A stretch of 64,000 nucleotides of DNA from a virus (lineage: Duplodnaviria > Caudoviricetes), in IMG/VR virus record IMGVR_UViG_3300020412_000001, positions 6,062-70,061 of that record; one strand, given 5' to 3'. The position numbers and the translations under genes were made by a program. Every line of letters begins with the position of its first letter. The stretch's first letter is position 1. The notes under the pieces were generated by a model. It made no database searches. It saw only the letters and a program-made list of their open reading frames with translations, and was not told the origin of the DNA. Positions 29,758-38,916 of this stretch are shown one piece after another.

Positions 29758-32700
29758 TTATGATACTCTTCTTTTAAGATACCCTGTTGTTGAGTCAAAA
29801 TAAGCTTCTCCTATTTCTACTCCACCTGTAGATGCATCTGTGTCGTCTACGTAAGATCCTAGTTGTGATACATCAAAATCAAACACCTTAAATACGCTGT
29901 CCTGTATGCCTTGATTACCTTGCCATAACACCTCTGTATCTTTAGATGTTATATTTGGTAAAAGAGATGTAGTATTTAAAACAACTGTTGTACCATTATA
30001 ACTATATTGACCATTCTTTAGTTGAAACAACTTCTCTGAACTAAAGTTAGAAGGTGAAAAATCTGATAGAACTCCTCCATTAGGTATAGAAACATTTAAC
30101 TCTGCATAGAACCTATTGCTAAAAACTAACCCTGTACCTGCCTTAAATAACACACCATTATTAAATAAAGAGCCAAAACTGTTTGTATTAGTCACTTTAA
30201 AACCATTCCATGTACCTATTAATTCAAAACCATTATCTACTCCATATATCCCTAAAGTTGTACCTAAAAATTGCCTGTAGTTAGCTATTTTACCTATACT
30301 TTTACACCCTTCAAAATTAACTACGTTTATTTCTATAGCATCTGTAGAGTTTACATTATCTATATCAAACACTCCTGACTGTGGTGTTGTTAATTTTAAG
30401 CTAAATATTTGTAATCCACCAGAGTTTACATTATTAGGATCTTTAATAAATATAGGCTCGTCTAATACGTTTTTAGTTATCTTGGATAGTTCTAACCCAT
30501 AACCATTTATAGTTAAATTATTTCCTTCTGATCCCAAGTATATATACTCACCTGCTAATAATTCTATCTCTCCATCTATTATGTAGGCTAAGTTAGGATC
30601 TAATATTCTGTTAACTAAATCTACTTTAGACCTAATAACTATTTCATTAGATTTCTCTTTAAATGTAGAAGTTGTTACCTCATAATTAACAAACTCTCCG
30701 TAAGTGTCAACATTAGATTTTAGAGTACCATTAATTTTTAAATCTATTGGATAATCTTCTAAAGCCCTTAAAAAAGGTTTTGTTAGATCTTCTTGAAACA
30801 CTGTATTAAAGCCTATAAAATCAACTATCTCTGTGGTGTCAACTGTTGCAATACCACTAGCAACTAAATAATCATTAGTTACTATATTAGAGTTTATAAA
30901 TGTTACCTTATTTCCTTGTGTGACAAAAAACCTTGATAGTTTACCATCAAAATTTTTGAAAGAGATGTTGTTTGAAACTTGATTATTTCCATTATATGTA
31001 TTACTAATAATATTACCAGAAAAAATACCACGAGAAAACCTTACAAAAATATTATCAGATATATTTGTGTTATTGAAAAATACTGTAGTACCTAAGACTG
31101 CAAACTCTCCGTCGAAGTTTAAACTAGAGCCTACCTCTACTTCTAATATGTTTGAATCTACTGTTGTAGTGGTGACCAAAACATTGTTCGTGTTGTTATC
31201 CTCAATACTGCCTATTATTAATTTTCCATTAAATGATCTTACAAAGGTAAAATCATTACTTATAATAGTGTTTTCAAACTCTAGGTGGTTATTACTTCCA
31301 GATGAGGTTGCAAAAGCATTTATAACATTGCCTCCATTGTTAAACTCCTCTACCTTTAAGTTACAACCTGATAATGTAAATTGTGATGCACTACCTGCTG
31401 ATAATGAAAGCCACTCTATATTTTTTATAGTACCGCTTAAAAATATTACGCCTCCTGTGTCACCTTGAAACCTTCTTTGGTTTAAATCTGTACACTTTAA
31501 ATTTATATTTTCCCCTTCAAAATTCCACTTACCTGTATCACTTCCAACAAAAACTTTTGTAGCTTTTGTAACGCCATCATCTTCAAACTGATTTGTAAAG
31601 TCTAAAGTGCTTTCAGATCTTGCTATAAAATTAAAGTTTCTGGCTGAAATTCTCCTAGATATATGGTAAGTACCTCCTGTTAGATATATGTCGTAAGTCT
31701 CTCCTGTTGTTGGCGGTAGAGCTTCAATCATACCTTGAAATGTATTAAAAGGCTTACCAAAGTTTTCTAGTTGTCCTGTTAAGTCATCACCATTAATTGA
31801 ATCTATAAGAACAGATAAAGGTAATATACCTTCTGTAGCACCTATATCATCCTGAAAAGAACTTAATCTCTTAGGCACTAAGTCGCCATTGTCGTCTATT
31901 AAGTTTGTGCCGTCTCCGCCACTTGTAATGTATTTACCCGCTTTCAAAACCCCGTTTGGGTTTAAACCATCACCCCCATTTGAAAGTTTATAAAAAGAGT
32001 GTGTTCCTGTACTTTTATAATACAATTCAAATGGTGCAACTCCAAAACCATACATCTGTATTGAATCAAACCTGTCTTGCAGTAAAGATATTTTGTCACC
32101 TAAAATACTATTAGTTGCTAATTTCTCAAAAATAAATATACCATCAACTGTCTGTGATGCCTGTCCAGTATTTTTTACCGTATTATCTAACTCACCCTGC
32201 AAGCCGTTTATCTGTGATATAGCAAATTCAGAAGCATTTATCTCACTATAAGATGATACAAGAGACTTATCACCGCCTTTGTACATATTGTGAGTTACAT
32301 TTCCACTTCCATCATCTATAACAATTACATCGCCTTGTTGATATGTATAGTTAGCATTATTGGCTACAAATGCCTCTATTGTCGTTTCTGTTGGTGTTAC
32401 TACGTCTGTAATTGCCAAGTCGGGTATTTGGTCTGTCTTTAGCTTTCCTGCACCATCTAAAGTAGCTATACCGTTAGGTATCTCTCGTTCTTGTTGTTTT
32501 ATAAATTGGTTACTATCTTCATAGGCAATAGTCCCTAACTCATCTTCTTCTACAAAACGGCTTGAACCATCCTCACCGTCATTAACTAACTGTGATGTAT
32601 TAGTTACTATCGTGCCTGCATCTTCTTCATTGTTACTTTCTCCATATAACTGAAAATCTGTAACCTCTGTTTGATTTACATTAAGACCATAATCACCAGT

Positions 32701-34215
32701 TACATTACTAAAGTTAAACTCCCTTATATCACCACCAAAGTCTGCTCGTATCGTTCCGCTATTGATTAACCCTATCGATGGGTCTTGTGCGTTTATATAA
32801 TCCCTTAGATGTTCTTCATACGTCTCATCCCCTACAAGTGCACCAATATCTCCCAAGTCTACAACGCTATTCTGTTGTAGTGCCTGCGTATTGAACTCTA
32901 TTAAGTTTCCTGCTCCTATTGGTGGCGTGCCTTGACCATACGCTCTATTGGAGTTGTCTAATACCCATATCTTACGGAAACTTTGACCACCATACTGAAA
33001 TAACGTATAGATGTATATAAGCTTGCTTGATTGTGGTATCTGTTGCGCTCTGTTGTTAATGTTATCTGCTACGATTACATCTATAAAGAAGTTCTCCGTC
33101 TGTGGTGTTGGTTCTGGACTTATATAGTAAGGCTCAATACCATTATTAACTTCTACATCAATAGGCACTTCTTCTGAATCAAATTCATTAAAGTTTTCCT
33201 CAACAGTCTCTTCGTCATTAATGCCATATAACGCTTCATCTCCATTAAAATAAAAATTATATTCTTCTGTATTAAATAAAGCTGTAACTACATTTCCTAA
33301 TTTCAAGGTAATGCTTGTTCCTAATCTATTAATGTAATTGCTTAAGTGTAATTCTCTGCTTATCGGGTTTCCTTCATTGTCTAAAGGTGGTGATCCAATT
33401 TCTCCCAAGTCTACAATATTACCTTGGTTAGAAATGTTTTGGACTAAAATCTCAACGTGATCTACTTTTATATGGCTATGGTAGCTTATTGGGTGTCCTA
33501 CACCATAGTATCTACCAGAGTAACGTAATCTCCAATGTTTTCTATAAAGTGAGTTACCACTCACAAAATCAACAAATACACTTCTCGTTTCATTTGGTTT
33601 TACATAGAATCGTGGTAACTTATTTATTGCAGATGTTACTAATTGGTCTATATTACCTTCTGTATCGTCTAATTTTATCTGTTGGCTTATCTCATAATGT
33701 GCTTCATCTACTATAAATGAAACCACATAAAAGCTTTCTTGAATTAAATCTCCTATACTCCCTGCATCCGACAATTCAACTTCTATACTAATATAATCTG
33801 CATAGCTTATCATATCTCTTATGTTGAGATTGATAAAGAAATTTTTATCTGATGCGCTCTCTAATCTTAGTTTATGATGTCTGCCAGAAAACCCTTCGTC
33901 CATTTTAGCAAACAATACAGATAGGTTAGTGCCTTCTGTGTTTTCTTTGTTTAGGTATATTGTAAAAACACCATTTAGATTCGTGCTTTCTAAAGATAAA
34001 ACACCTGGCGTTAAGTAATTTTCTTCGTCTTCTAATAATGAAAACTTATAAAGGTTATTAGAAACACCATTGGCATTATTAAATAAATTAAAAATGCTCT
34101 TAAGATTATAATTCTTAGTGCGTTTAAAATCGTTTATATCTGTTCCTATTACATAATCCTTAAGATTAGGCGTGGCATCTTGGTTATAAATAACCTTATT
34201 ACTTATTCTAGGCAT
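29758..34215 (-). CDS. Tail fibre/spike protein (1485 aa)
   Basis: Anchor-like N-terminus, fibre linkers (TNTSQLVNDGEDG, PNGIATLDGAGK), internal duplicated VDLGEIG/VDLGDIG modules, beta-helix-like C-terminal half. Confidence 0.75.
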   Translation of the reverse strand: MPRISNKVIYNQDATPNLKDYVIGTDINDFKRTKNYNLKSIFNLFNNANGVSNNLYKFSLLEDEENYLTPGVLSLESTNLNGVFTIYLNKENTEGTNLSVLFAKMDEGFSGRHHKLRLESASDKNFFINLNIRDMISYADYISIEVELSDAGSIGDLIQESFYVVSFIVDEAHYEISQQIKLDDTEGNIDQLVTSAINKLPRFYVKPNETRSVFVDFVSGNSLYRKHWRLRYSGRYYGVGHPISYHSHIKVDHVEILVQNISNQGNIVDLGEIGSPPLDNEGNPISRELHLSNYINRLGTSITLKLGNVVTALFNTEEYNFYFNGDEALYGINDEETVEENFNEFDSEEVPIDVEVNNGIEPYYISPEPTPQTENFFIDVIVADNINNRAQQIPQSSKLIYIYTLFQYGGQSFRKIWVLDNSNRAYGQGTPPIGAGNLIEFNTQALQQNSVVDLGDIGALVGDETYEEHLRDYINAQDPSIGLINSGTIRADFGGDIREFNFSNVTGDYGLNVNQTEVTDFQLYGESNNEEDAGTIVTNTSQLVNDGEDGSSRFVEEDELGTIAYEDSNQFIKQQEREIPNGIATLDGAGKLKTDQIPDLAITDVVTPTETTIEAFVANNANYTYQQGDVIVIDDGSGNVTHNMYKGGDKSLVSSYSEINASEFAISQINGLQGELDNTVKNTGQASQTVDGIFIFEKLATNSILGDKISLLQDRFDSIQMYGFGVAPFELYYKSTGTHSFYKLSNGGDGLNPNGVLKAGKYITSGGDGTNLIDDNGDLVPKRLSSFQDDIGATEGILPLSVLIDSINGDDLTGQLENFGKPFNTFQGMIEALPPTTGETYDIYLTGGTYHISRRISARNFNFIARSESTLDFTNQFEDDGVTKATKVFVGSDTGKWNFEGENINLKCTDLNQRRFQGDTGGVIFLSGTIKNIEWLSLSAGSASQFTLSGCNLKVEEFNNGGNVINAFATSSGSNNHLEFENTIISNDFTFVRSFNGKLIIGSIEDNNTNNVLVTTTTVDSNILEVEVGSSLNFDGEFAVLGTTVFFNNTNISDNIFVRFSRGIFSGNIISNTYNGNNQVSNNISFKNFDGKLSRFFVTQGNKVTFINSNIVTNDYLVASGIATVDTTEIVDFIGFNTVFQEDLTKPFLRALEDYPIDLKINGTLKSNVDTYGEFVNYEVTTSTFKEKSNEIVIRSKVDLVNRILDPNLAYIIDGEIELLAGEYIYLGSEGNNLTINGYGLELSKITKNVLDEPIFIKDPNNVNSGGLQIFSLKLTTPQSGVFDIDNVNSTDAIEINVVNFEGCKSIGKIANYRQFLGTTLGIYGVDNGFELIGTWNGFKVTNTNSFGSLFNNGVLFKAGTGLVFSNRFYAELNVSIPNGGVLSDFSPSNFSSEKLFQLKNGQYSYNGTTVVLNTTSLLPNITSKDTEVLWQGNQGIQDSVFKVFDFDVSQLGSYVDDTDASTGGVEIGEAYFDSTTGYLKRRVS

Positions 34216-34810
34216 TGCTTTCTTTTAAAATGGTTTCAAATGTTTTGGCATATCCAGATATAAGCGATGCCTTATCTGTGCCGTTAACCACTCGTCTTGC
34301 GTTTTCGTAATCTGTCTTTTCCTCGTTTATATATCGTCCTAACTTTACGCCTGTATATTTTCCCTTTAGCATATCATTTACTATCGTGAATGCCGAGAAT
34401 TTAATATCCAATAACTTCCAAGGTGTTTTCTGTATTCCTAATCTTTCAAAGTGAAATCGCCCTGTTACTTGTGCTAATCCCTTTCCACTAAAATCTATTG
34501 CATCTTGTGGTGTTTTGTTTCCTAACCACTTTCTTACACGCGTATTGTTCCAATATCTCTTTATGAAATAATCATTACTCCCACGTTCTTCAATAGGAAA
34601 GAAATCGTGAAACTTATAGCCGTGTACCTTATCTTTGTCTCTTGCTTCGTGATAGGCTGTAGCAAGTATGTATGCGGTTTGCTCTAATGTTGCATCTAAT
34701 AGGTTACACTTCTCTAATAAAGCCTCAACAGTCCTAACGGTTTCAGATTTGCCAATACGACCTATCTTACTTCTATATGCTTCAAAAAACTTATCCTTAT
34801 CTATCTTCAT
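34208..34810 (-). CDS. Endolysin, GH19-like lysozyme fold
   Basis: YILATAYHE, GKGLAQVTG, ARRVVNGTDKA motifs. Confidence 0.75.
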   Translation of the reverse strand: MKIDKDKFFEAYRSKIGRIGKSETVRTVEALLEKCNLLDATLEQTAYILATAYHEARDKDKVHGYKFHDFFPIEERGSNDYFIKRYWNNTRVRKWLGNKTPQDAIDFSGKGLAQVTGRFHFERLGIQKTPWKLLDIKFSAFTIVNDMLKGKYTGVKLGRYINEEKTDYENARRVVNGTDKASLISGYAKTFETILKESNA

Positions 34811-34811
34811 A

Positions 34812-35513
34812 CTATAATTTTACAATGGCGTATTTCACATCGTAAACGGAACAATCTGAATTACAGAACAACATTACTTTTGCACCGTTGTCTTCCCAAT
34901 CTTGGGTTTGTGGATATACAAATGTTTTACTAATTGCTTTTGTGGTAACACCTCCTGGTAAAGCGTGGTGTTTCTTAATACGATCTCCAGTATCACCACC
35001 GACATCTAATGAGATTTGTATGTAATTTGTAGCGAGTGTCGGTGTTATCCTAAACTCCACAGTTACAGCAACGGCATCTCCTTTTTTTCCTTTGATGCTC
35101 ACACCATCGTAATAGGTGTCTACATCTGTTGGTAAAAATGTTTCTTCCTTTAATAATGCGTTATTTGGTAACGCTGTTTTGGTGTTTGCCGTTATTGAAA
35201 ATGGCGATGCTGACGTGTATTGTGTATCTTCGTAAAATGCGTTACCTGCTGTGCTACCTCCCACAGCCGTATTAAAACCCGTACTGTTTCTTGAAAATTG
35301 AATAGCATCTGCTTCATTAATAGCTACATCGTCTGCATCTATAAGTTCACTTATGTTGAAAGAAGCAATATGACCATCATCTGCCTTTACAAAAATCTTA
35401 TCATCCTTTACATAGGTGTAACACTTACTTAATGGCCTTGTAAATTCTAAGTTACCTGTTATGGTATTGTCAATCACTAAGTAATTGCCGTCTTTATAGA
35501 GTTTATAAGCCAT
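34812..35513 (-). CDS. Probable virion protein (233 aa), first gene of the late operon
   Basis: ORF downstream of a TATCTTTG promoter at 35539-35546. Confidence 0.5.
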   Translation of the reverse strand: MAYKLYKDGNYLVIDNTITGNLEFTRPLSKCYTYVKDDKIFVKADDGHIASFNISELIDADDVAINEADAIQFSRNSTGFNTAVGGSTAGNAFYEDTQYTSASPFSITANTKTALPNNALLKEETFLPTDVDTYYDGVSIKGKKGDAVAVTVEFRITPTLATNYIQISLDVGGDTGDRIKKHHALPGGVTTKAISKTFVYPQTQDWEDNGAKVMLFCNSDCSVYDVKYAIVKL

Positions 35514-35608
35514 AATAAATTTTATTTATATAGAACCACAAAGATATAAATATTTTATATGTAATGCAATTTCATTATATTTACAGTATCAATAATTTAG
35601 CAAGGATT

Positions 35609-36211
35609 ATGGCGAAAAAAAGGGGTATACAAACAGGTAGTGAGGTTGAAGGAATTAGCAAGGACACCTTAGTACAAATGGCTAAAAAAAATATTTGGGT
35701 GAATAAGAATAACAACAAAGTAGATTTATTAGAACGTTACTCAATTAAGAATGAGCGCGCTTACCTTGGGTTTTCAAGGGGATTTGATTTATTGGAAAAC
35801 CTTCACGTTGTAAGAAAATACATTCAAAAGAAGCATAGTGTTGACTTAAAGGAACTTGAAATACTACTTAAGCTTTACCCTATGCAGTATTTTACGCAGA
35901 GAGATTATGTGGCTATCCCTAAGCCTTTTAAGTTTAGGAGTATTAAGAATGGTTTAGATAAAGGTTTAGTAGAAAAAGTTAATATTGGTGAACATCTAGG
36001 TAAGACCATATACACCATAAGCAACAAGAAGAAACGTATTGTTAGAGAATTTTATAAGATGCTTTCTGGTGAAATGAAAATACCAGAAGATTGGAATAGG
36101 CATTTTAGATATAAGAATCTTAATGCTTACGATAAAAAAGCCTTGAAGCTGATTAAGAAAATAAACAGCCAAGAGAAATCTGAATTTAAAAAATCCCTTT
36201 ACGGAGAATAA
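35609..36211 (+). CDS. Basic winged-helix-like protein, divergent from the late operon
   Basis: Likely start MAKKRG at 35609; DLKELEILLKLY...FTQRDY resembles a wHTH. Confidence 0.45.
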   Translation: MAKKRGIQTGSEVEGISKDTLVQMAKKNIWVNKNNNKVDLLERYSIKNERAYLGFSRGFDLLENLHVVRKYIQKKHSVDLKELEILLKLYPMQYFTQRDYVAIPKPFKFRSIKNGLDKGLVEKVNIGEHLGKTIYTISNKKKRIVREFYKMLSGEMKIPEDWNRHFRYKNLNAYDKKALKLIKKINSQEKSEFKKSLYGE

Positions 36212-36689
36212 TAGCACGTCTTTTTTGATCTAAGAATACTTTACTCTTTATTTCTAAATTCCTGCGTATTCTGCGTTCCCTATCTTTTTCTGTTCCCTTA
36301 AAAAAGTATAACGGATTAACTTGGTAAAGACCACGCTCTTTTTCTGCCAATATAAAGTTATGCTCTAACAATGTGGTAAAGCATTGGTTAATGTAGTTGT
36401 CTTTGTAAACGTTTTGCTTTGCGTTAGACAACATCGTGTTAAACTTCTCTTTAAGCTTTGTGCTGTTGGTTACTAAGTTGTTTTCGTCCATCTCTTCTGT
36501 TATAAAATCTAATAACAAACGTTCTGCCTTATTAAGTTGAAACAAGGGCTGTAACGTATTGAAATAGCGTTTTACAGAAGCACCTTCATACTTAAATGTT
36601 TTAAAATCCAAAAGTTCGACATCTCCTGTGTCTGTCTTCTGTATTTTTTTTAAGGCGTATTTAAGACTTTTTTTTTTAGCACTAAGCAA
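36186..36689 (-). CDS. RepL-like winged-helix protein
   Basis: GLYQVNPLYFFKG motif typical of RepL-type wHTH proteins. Confidence 0.5.
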   Translation of the reverse strand: MLSAKKKSLKYALKKIQKTDTGDVELLDFKTFKYEGASVKRYFNTLQPLFQLNKAERLLLDFITEEMDENNLVTNSTKLKEKFNTMLSNAKQNVYKDNYINQCFTTLLEHNFILAEKERGLYQVNPLYFFKGTEKDRERRIRRNLEIKSKVFLDQKRRAIILRKGIF

Positions 36690-37172
36690 GTTTTAGTTCC
36701 TTGTTAAATTGTTCTCTTATTTCCGCTACTTTTATTAACGGCTCTTCATCGGTTAGGTGTAGTAAATGCACAAGTTGGTGTATAACACCTTCATCACTAA
36801 GGCATATATGCGTTGGTATTTCTTTATAGAACGCACAGATGCAAGCAAAATGCAACACTTCTGGTAAACGCCTCTTAAACTCTTCATCATTAAGGGCTTT
36901 ATAGGTTTGGTATAATTCCCTTAACTCTACATAGCTTATGGTGTAGGCGTTCTCATTTACAAGATATTTCACTAATTGTTGTAGTTTAATCTGTTTTCAT
37001 AATCATCCAACTCGAAATCGTAATAGGTTGCCACACCGTGATCGTTAGATAAATTGTAAAGTATCTCGCCACCTCGCATAATAGTGTAAGAAACCACAAA
37101 GTTTAATCCTCTGTGGTCATCTGCTTTTACCATTACCTTTTGTCCGAAATCGAATTTAGGTGTAATCTTCAT
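36682..37172 (-). other. Two small hypothetical proteins (36682-36972, 36972-37172)
   Basis: Tightly coupled ORFs. 36972-37172 resembles 39692-39895 (KF..G/SDKV...YNLS/YALS...YDFE). Confidence 0.55.
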
Positions 37173-37424
37173 CTATAAAATGCTTATAACGTCTCTGTCT
37201 TCAGTTAATAATACGTAGTCTTTGCCATCTATATTCATTGGCGTTCCTGCATCGATATAGAACATCACTTTGTCGTTTTCTTTTATCTCCAGGACTTTGT
37301 TTCCTATGGTTTCTACAACGCCAGTATTATTGGTTTGGCGTGTTGTAGGTAAGATAATACCACCTTCTGTTTGTTGCTTAGGCTTGTCTTTTAATACTAA
37401 TACGCGGTTTCCTATAATTTTCAT
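37173..37424 (-). CDS. groES: Co-chaperonin GroES
   Basis: MKIIGNRVLV...TEGGIILP...GVVETIG..GKDYVLLTEDRDVISIL. Confidence 0.85.
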   Translation of the reverse strand: MKIIGNRVLVLKDKPKQQTEGGIILPTTRQTNNTGVVETIGNKVLEIKENDKVMFYIDAGTPMNIDGKDYVLLTEDRDVISIL

Positions 37425-37759
37425 AATCTTAGTGTGGGTTTAGAGGTTATAACCCCAATACATTTACTAGGGTGTTGGTTAATTAATTCTACTTGGTAAT
37501 CGTCATCATCAAAATGAAGGTCGAAATCTTTTAAGTAGGTGTACTTGTCTTCGTAGTGCGTGAATCTTACGTTGTTCCTGTCTATGCCTAGGTAATTAAT
37601 AATGTTGTATAGGTCTGTGTTTTCTATATTTACATTCTTAATATGTTTTGGTCGGCTAGTGGTTACATATACATCTGCGCCTAAGTCTATAAACTTTTTT
37701 GCCAATAGTTGTATATGCTCTTGGTCTAGCGTATGGTCGAAATCAAAGCTTACTTTCAT
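37421..37759 (-). CDS. HAD-like hydrolase
   Basis: MKVSFDFDHTL motif I, VTTSR motif II, LHFDDD motif IV. Confidence 0.6.
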   Translation of the reverse strand: MKVSFDFDHTLDQEHIQLLAKKFIDLGADVYVTTSRPKHIKNVNIENTDLYNIINYLGIDRNNVRFTHYEDKYTYLKDFDLHFDDDDYQVELINQHPSKCIGVITSKPTLRL

Positions 37760-37760
37760 T

Positions 37761-38072
37761 TTAATCCTTGTTGATTAAAAAAGCTAATACAGTAGAAACA
37801 AAAAAGCTTGTTTGTTCAAATGATGCTTCTTTAAATTCTACAAGACTCTTAAATGTTAAAGGATATATTTGTTTAATAATTCCTTTTTCACATTCAAATA
37901 TTGTGGTTAATTCGCACTCTACGTTTTCCTTGCTTTCCTTTAGGTTAGTTACATAAAATTCAACACGATTGTATTCGTATTCCTTTTTTAGTTTTTCTTG
38001 TATTACATTAATTAAAATCTTGTAATTATTGTCATTGCTTAATATGCGTTGTAGTTGCTTGTTATAATCCAT
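37761..38072 (-). CDS. Hypothetical protein
   Basis: 103-aa ORF in operon. Confidence 0.55.
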   Translation of the reverse strand: MDYNKQLQRILSNDNNYKILINVIQEKLKKEYEYNRVEFYVTNLKESKENVECELTTIFECEKGIIKQIYPLTFKSLVEFKEASFEQTSFFVSTVLAFLINKD

Positions 38073-38089
38073 TGGTAGAATATTTAGTT

Positions 38090-38905
38090 TTAAAATTTTA
38101 AGTCTGAAATATGTTGCAATCTCTTATGTCCTACATCATATCTTTCATTATGCTTTGCTGTTAGTAAATAGGTGCAAATGCCATTCTTGTTTAACTCTAA
38201 GAAGTTATCATAGCAATCATCAATAAAAACATCTATTCCAGATTGTTGGGCTACCTCTAATTTGCTCTCGCCAATGCCTACACTATAAACTTTAGCTGAA
38301 GAGAATCCATTCTTGTCTAACCATTCTTCCGTCCATTCTGTTGGAATGCTTCTGCTAGTGATATAGCACTTAGGTTCAAAATGTAGTTCTTCTGGCTTTA
38401 TCTTTGGCGGTATTGATAACCAAAACTCCTTATCGTCTTTTAATGCTTCAAACTTGGATTTAATATTTCTATCAAAATGCCAATTGCTTGGTATCTCTTG
38501 GTTATGATGGTTACACCAATACGCTACCCAATCTGCTAAAACTTCATCTATATCTAATCCTATTTTTGGTTGGTTTAAATACCTATGTGGCCTATCATCT
38601 CCTTGCGGATATATTTTATAATACTCTGTTAAAAAAGATGCGTTACACATTATATGAGCAGAGTGCAGTAATCCTGTTTCCTCGTCATAATCTTCGCCTT
38701 TCTTAATCTCTTGTAAGTGCCTTTCTAGAGAAGCTAAGACTTTACTCCATTTCATTCCGTTTTCCCAATTCCGTTCTGCGTACTTCTCTGCGCCTTTGGT
38801 TAAAACTTTAGCATATTGTTCTTGTGCATAGGATGGAACTAGATCATATCTTGTCTTGCCTTTATTAAATCTTAAACCTTCTTGTTTATTTAGAGATTTT
38901 TTCAT
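38090..38905 (-). CDS. dATP/dGTP diphosphohydrolase (DUF5664) fused to a HAD 5'-nucleotidase
   Basis: GKTRYDLVP...GAEKYAERNW..G..WS...ERHL...DEETGLLHSAHIMCN, then GLDIDEVLADW...FIDD; start re-assigned to 38905. Confidence 0.75.
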   Translation of the reverse strand: MKKSLNKQEGLRFNKGKTRYDLVPSYAQEQYAKVLTKGAEKYAERNWENGMKWSKVLASLERHLQEIKKGEDYDEETGLLHSAHIMCNASFLTEYYKIYPQGDDRPHRYLNQPKIGLDIDEVLADWVAYWCNHHNQEIPSNWHFDRNIKSKFEALKDDKEFWLSIPPKIKPEELHFEPKCYITSRSIPTEWTEEWLDKNGFSSAKVYSVGIGESKLEVAQQSGIDVFIDDCYDNFLELNKNGICTYLLTAKHNERYDVGHKRLQHISDLKF

Positions 38906-38916
38906 CTTAGTAATTT

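Noticed and set aside
29-33716. Numerous plus-strand ORFs in the track overlapping structural genes
   Set aside because: Shadow ORFs antisense to long conserved minus-strand genes, with Ser/Leu/Phe-rich non-protein-like composition.
29758-34215. Diversity-generating retroelement targeting the tail fibre
   Set aside because: No reverse transcriptase or adenine-specific TR/VR pair seen in the window.
38090-38905. 2-aminoadenine (Z-genome) pathway
   Set aside because: DUF5664 alone is insufficient; no PurZ or DatZ recognised in this window.
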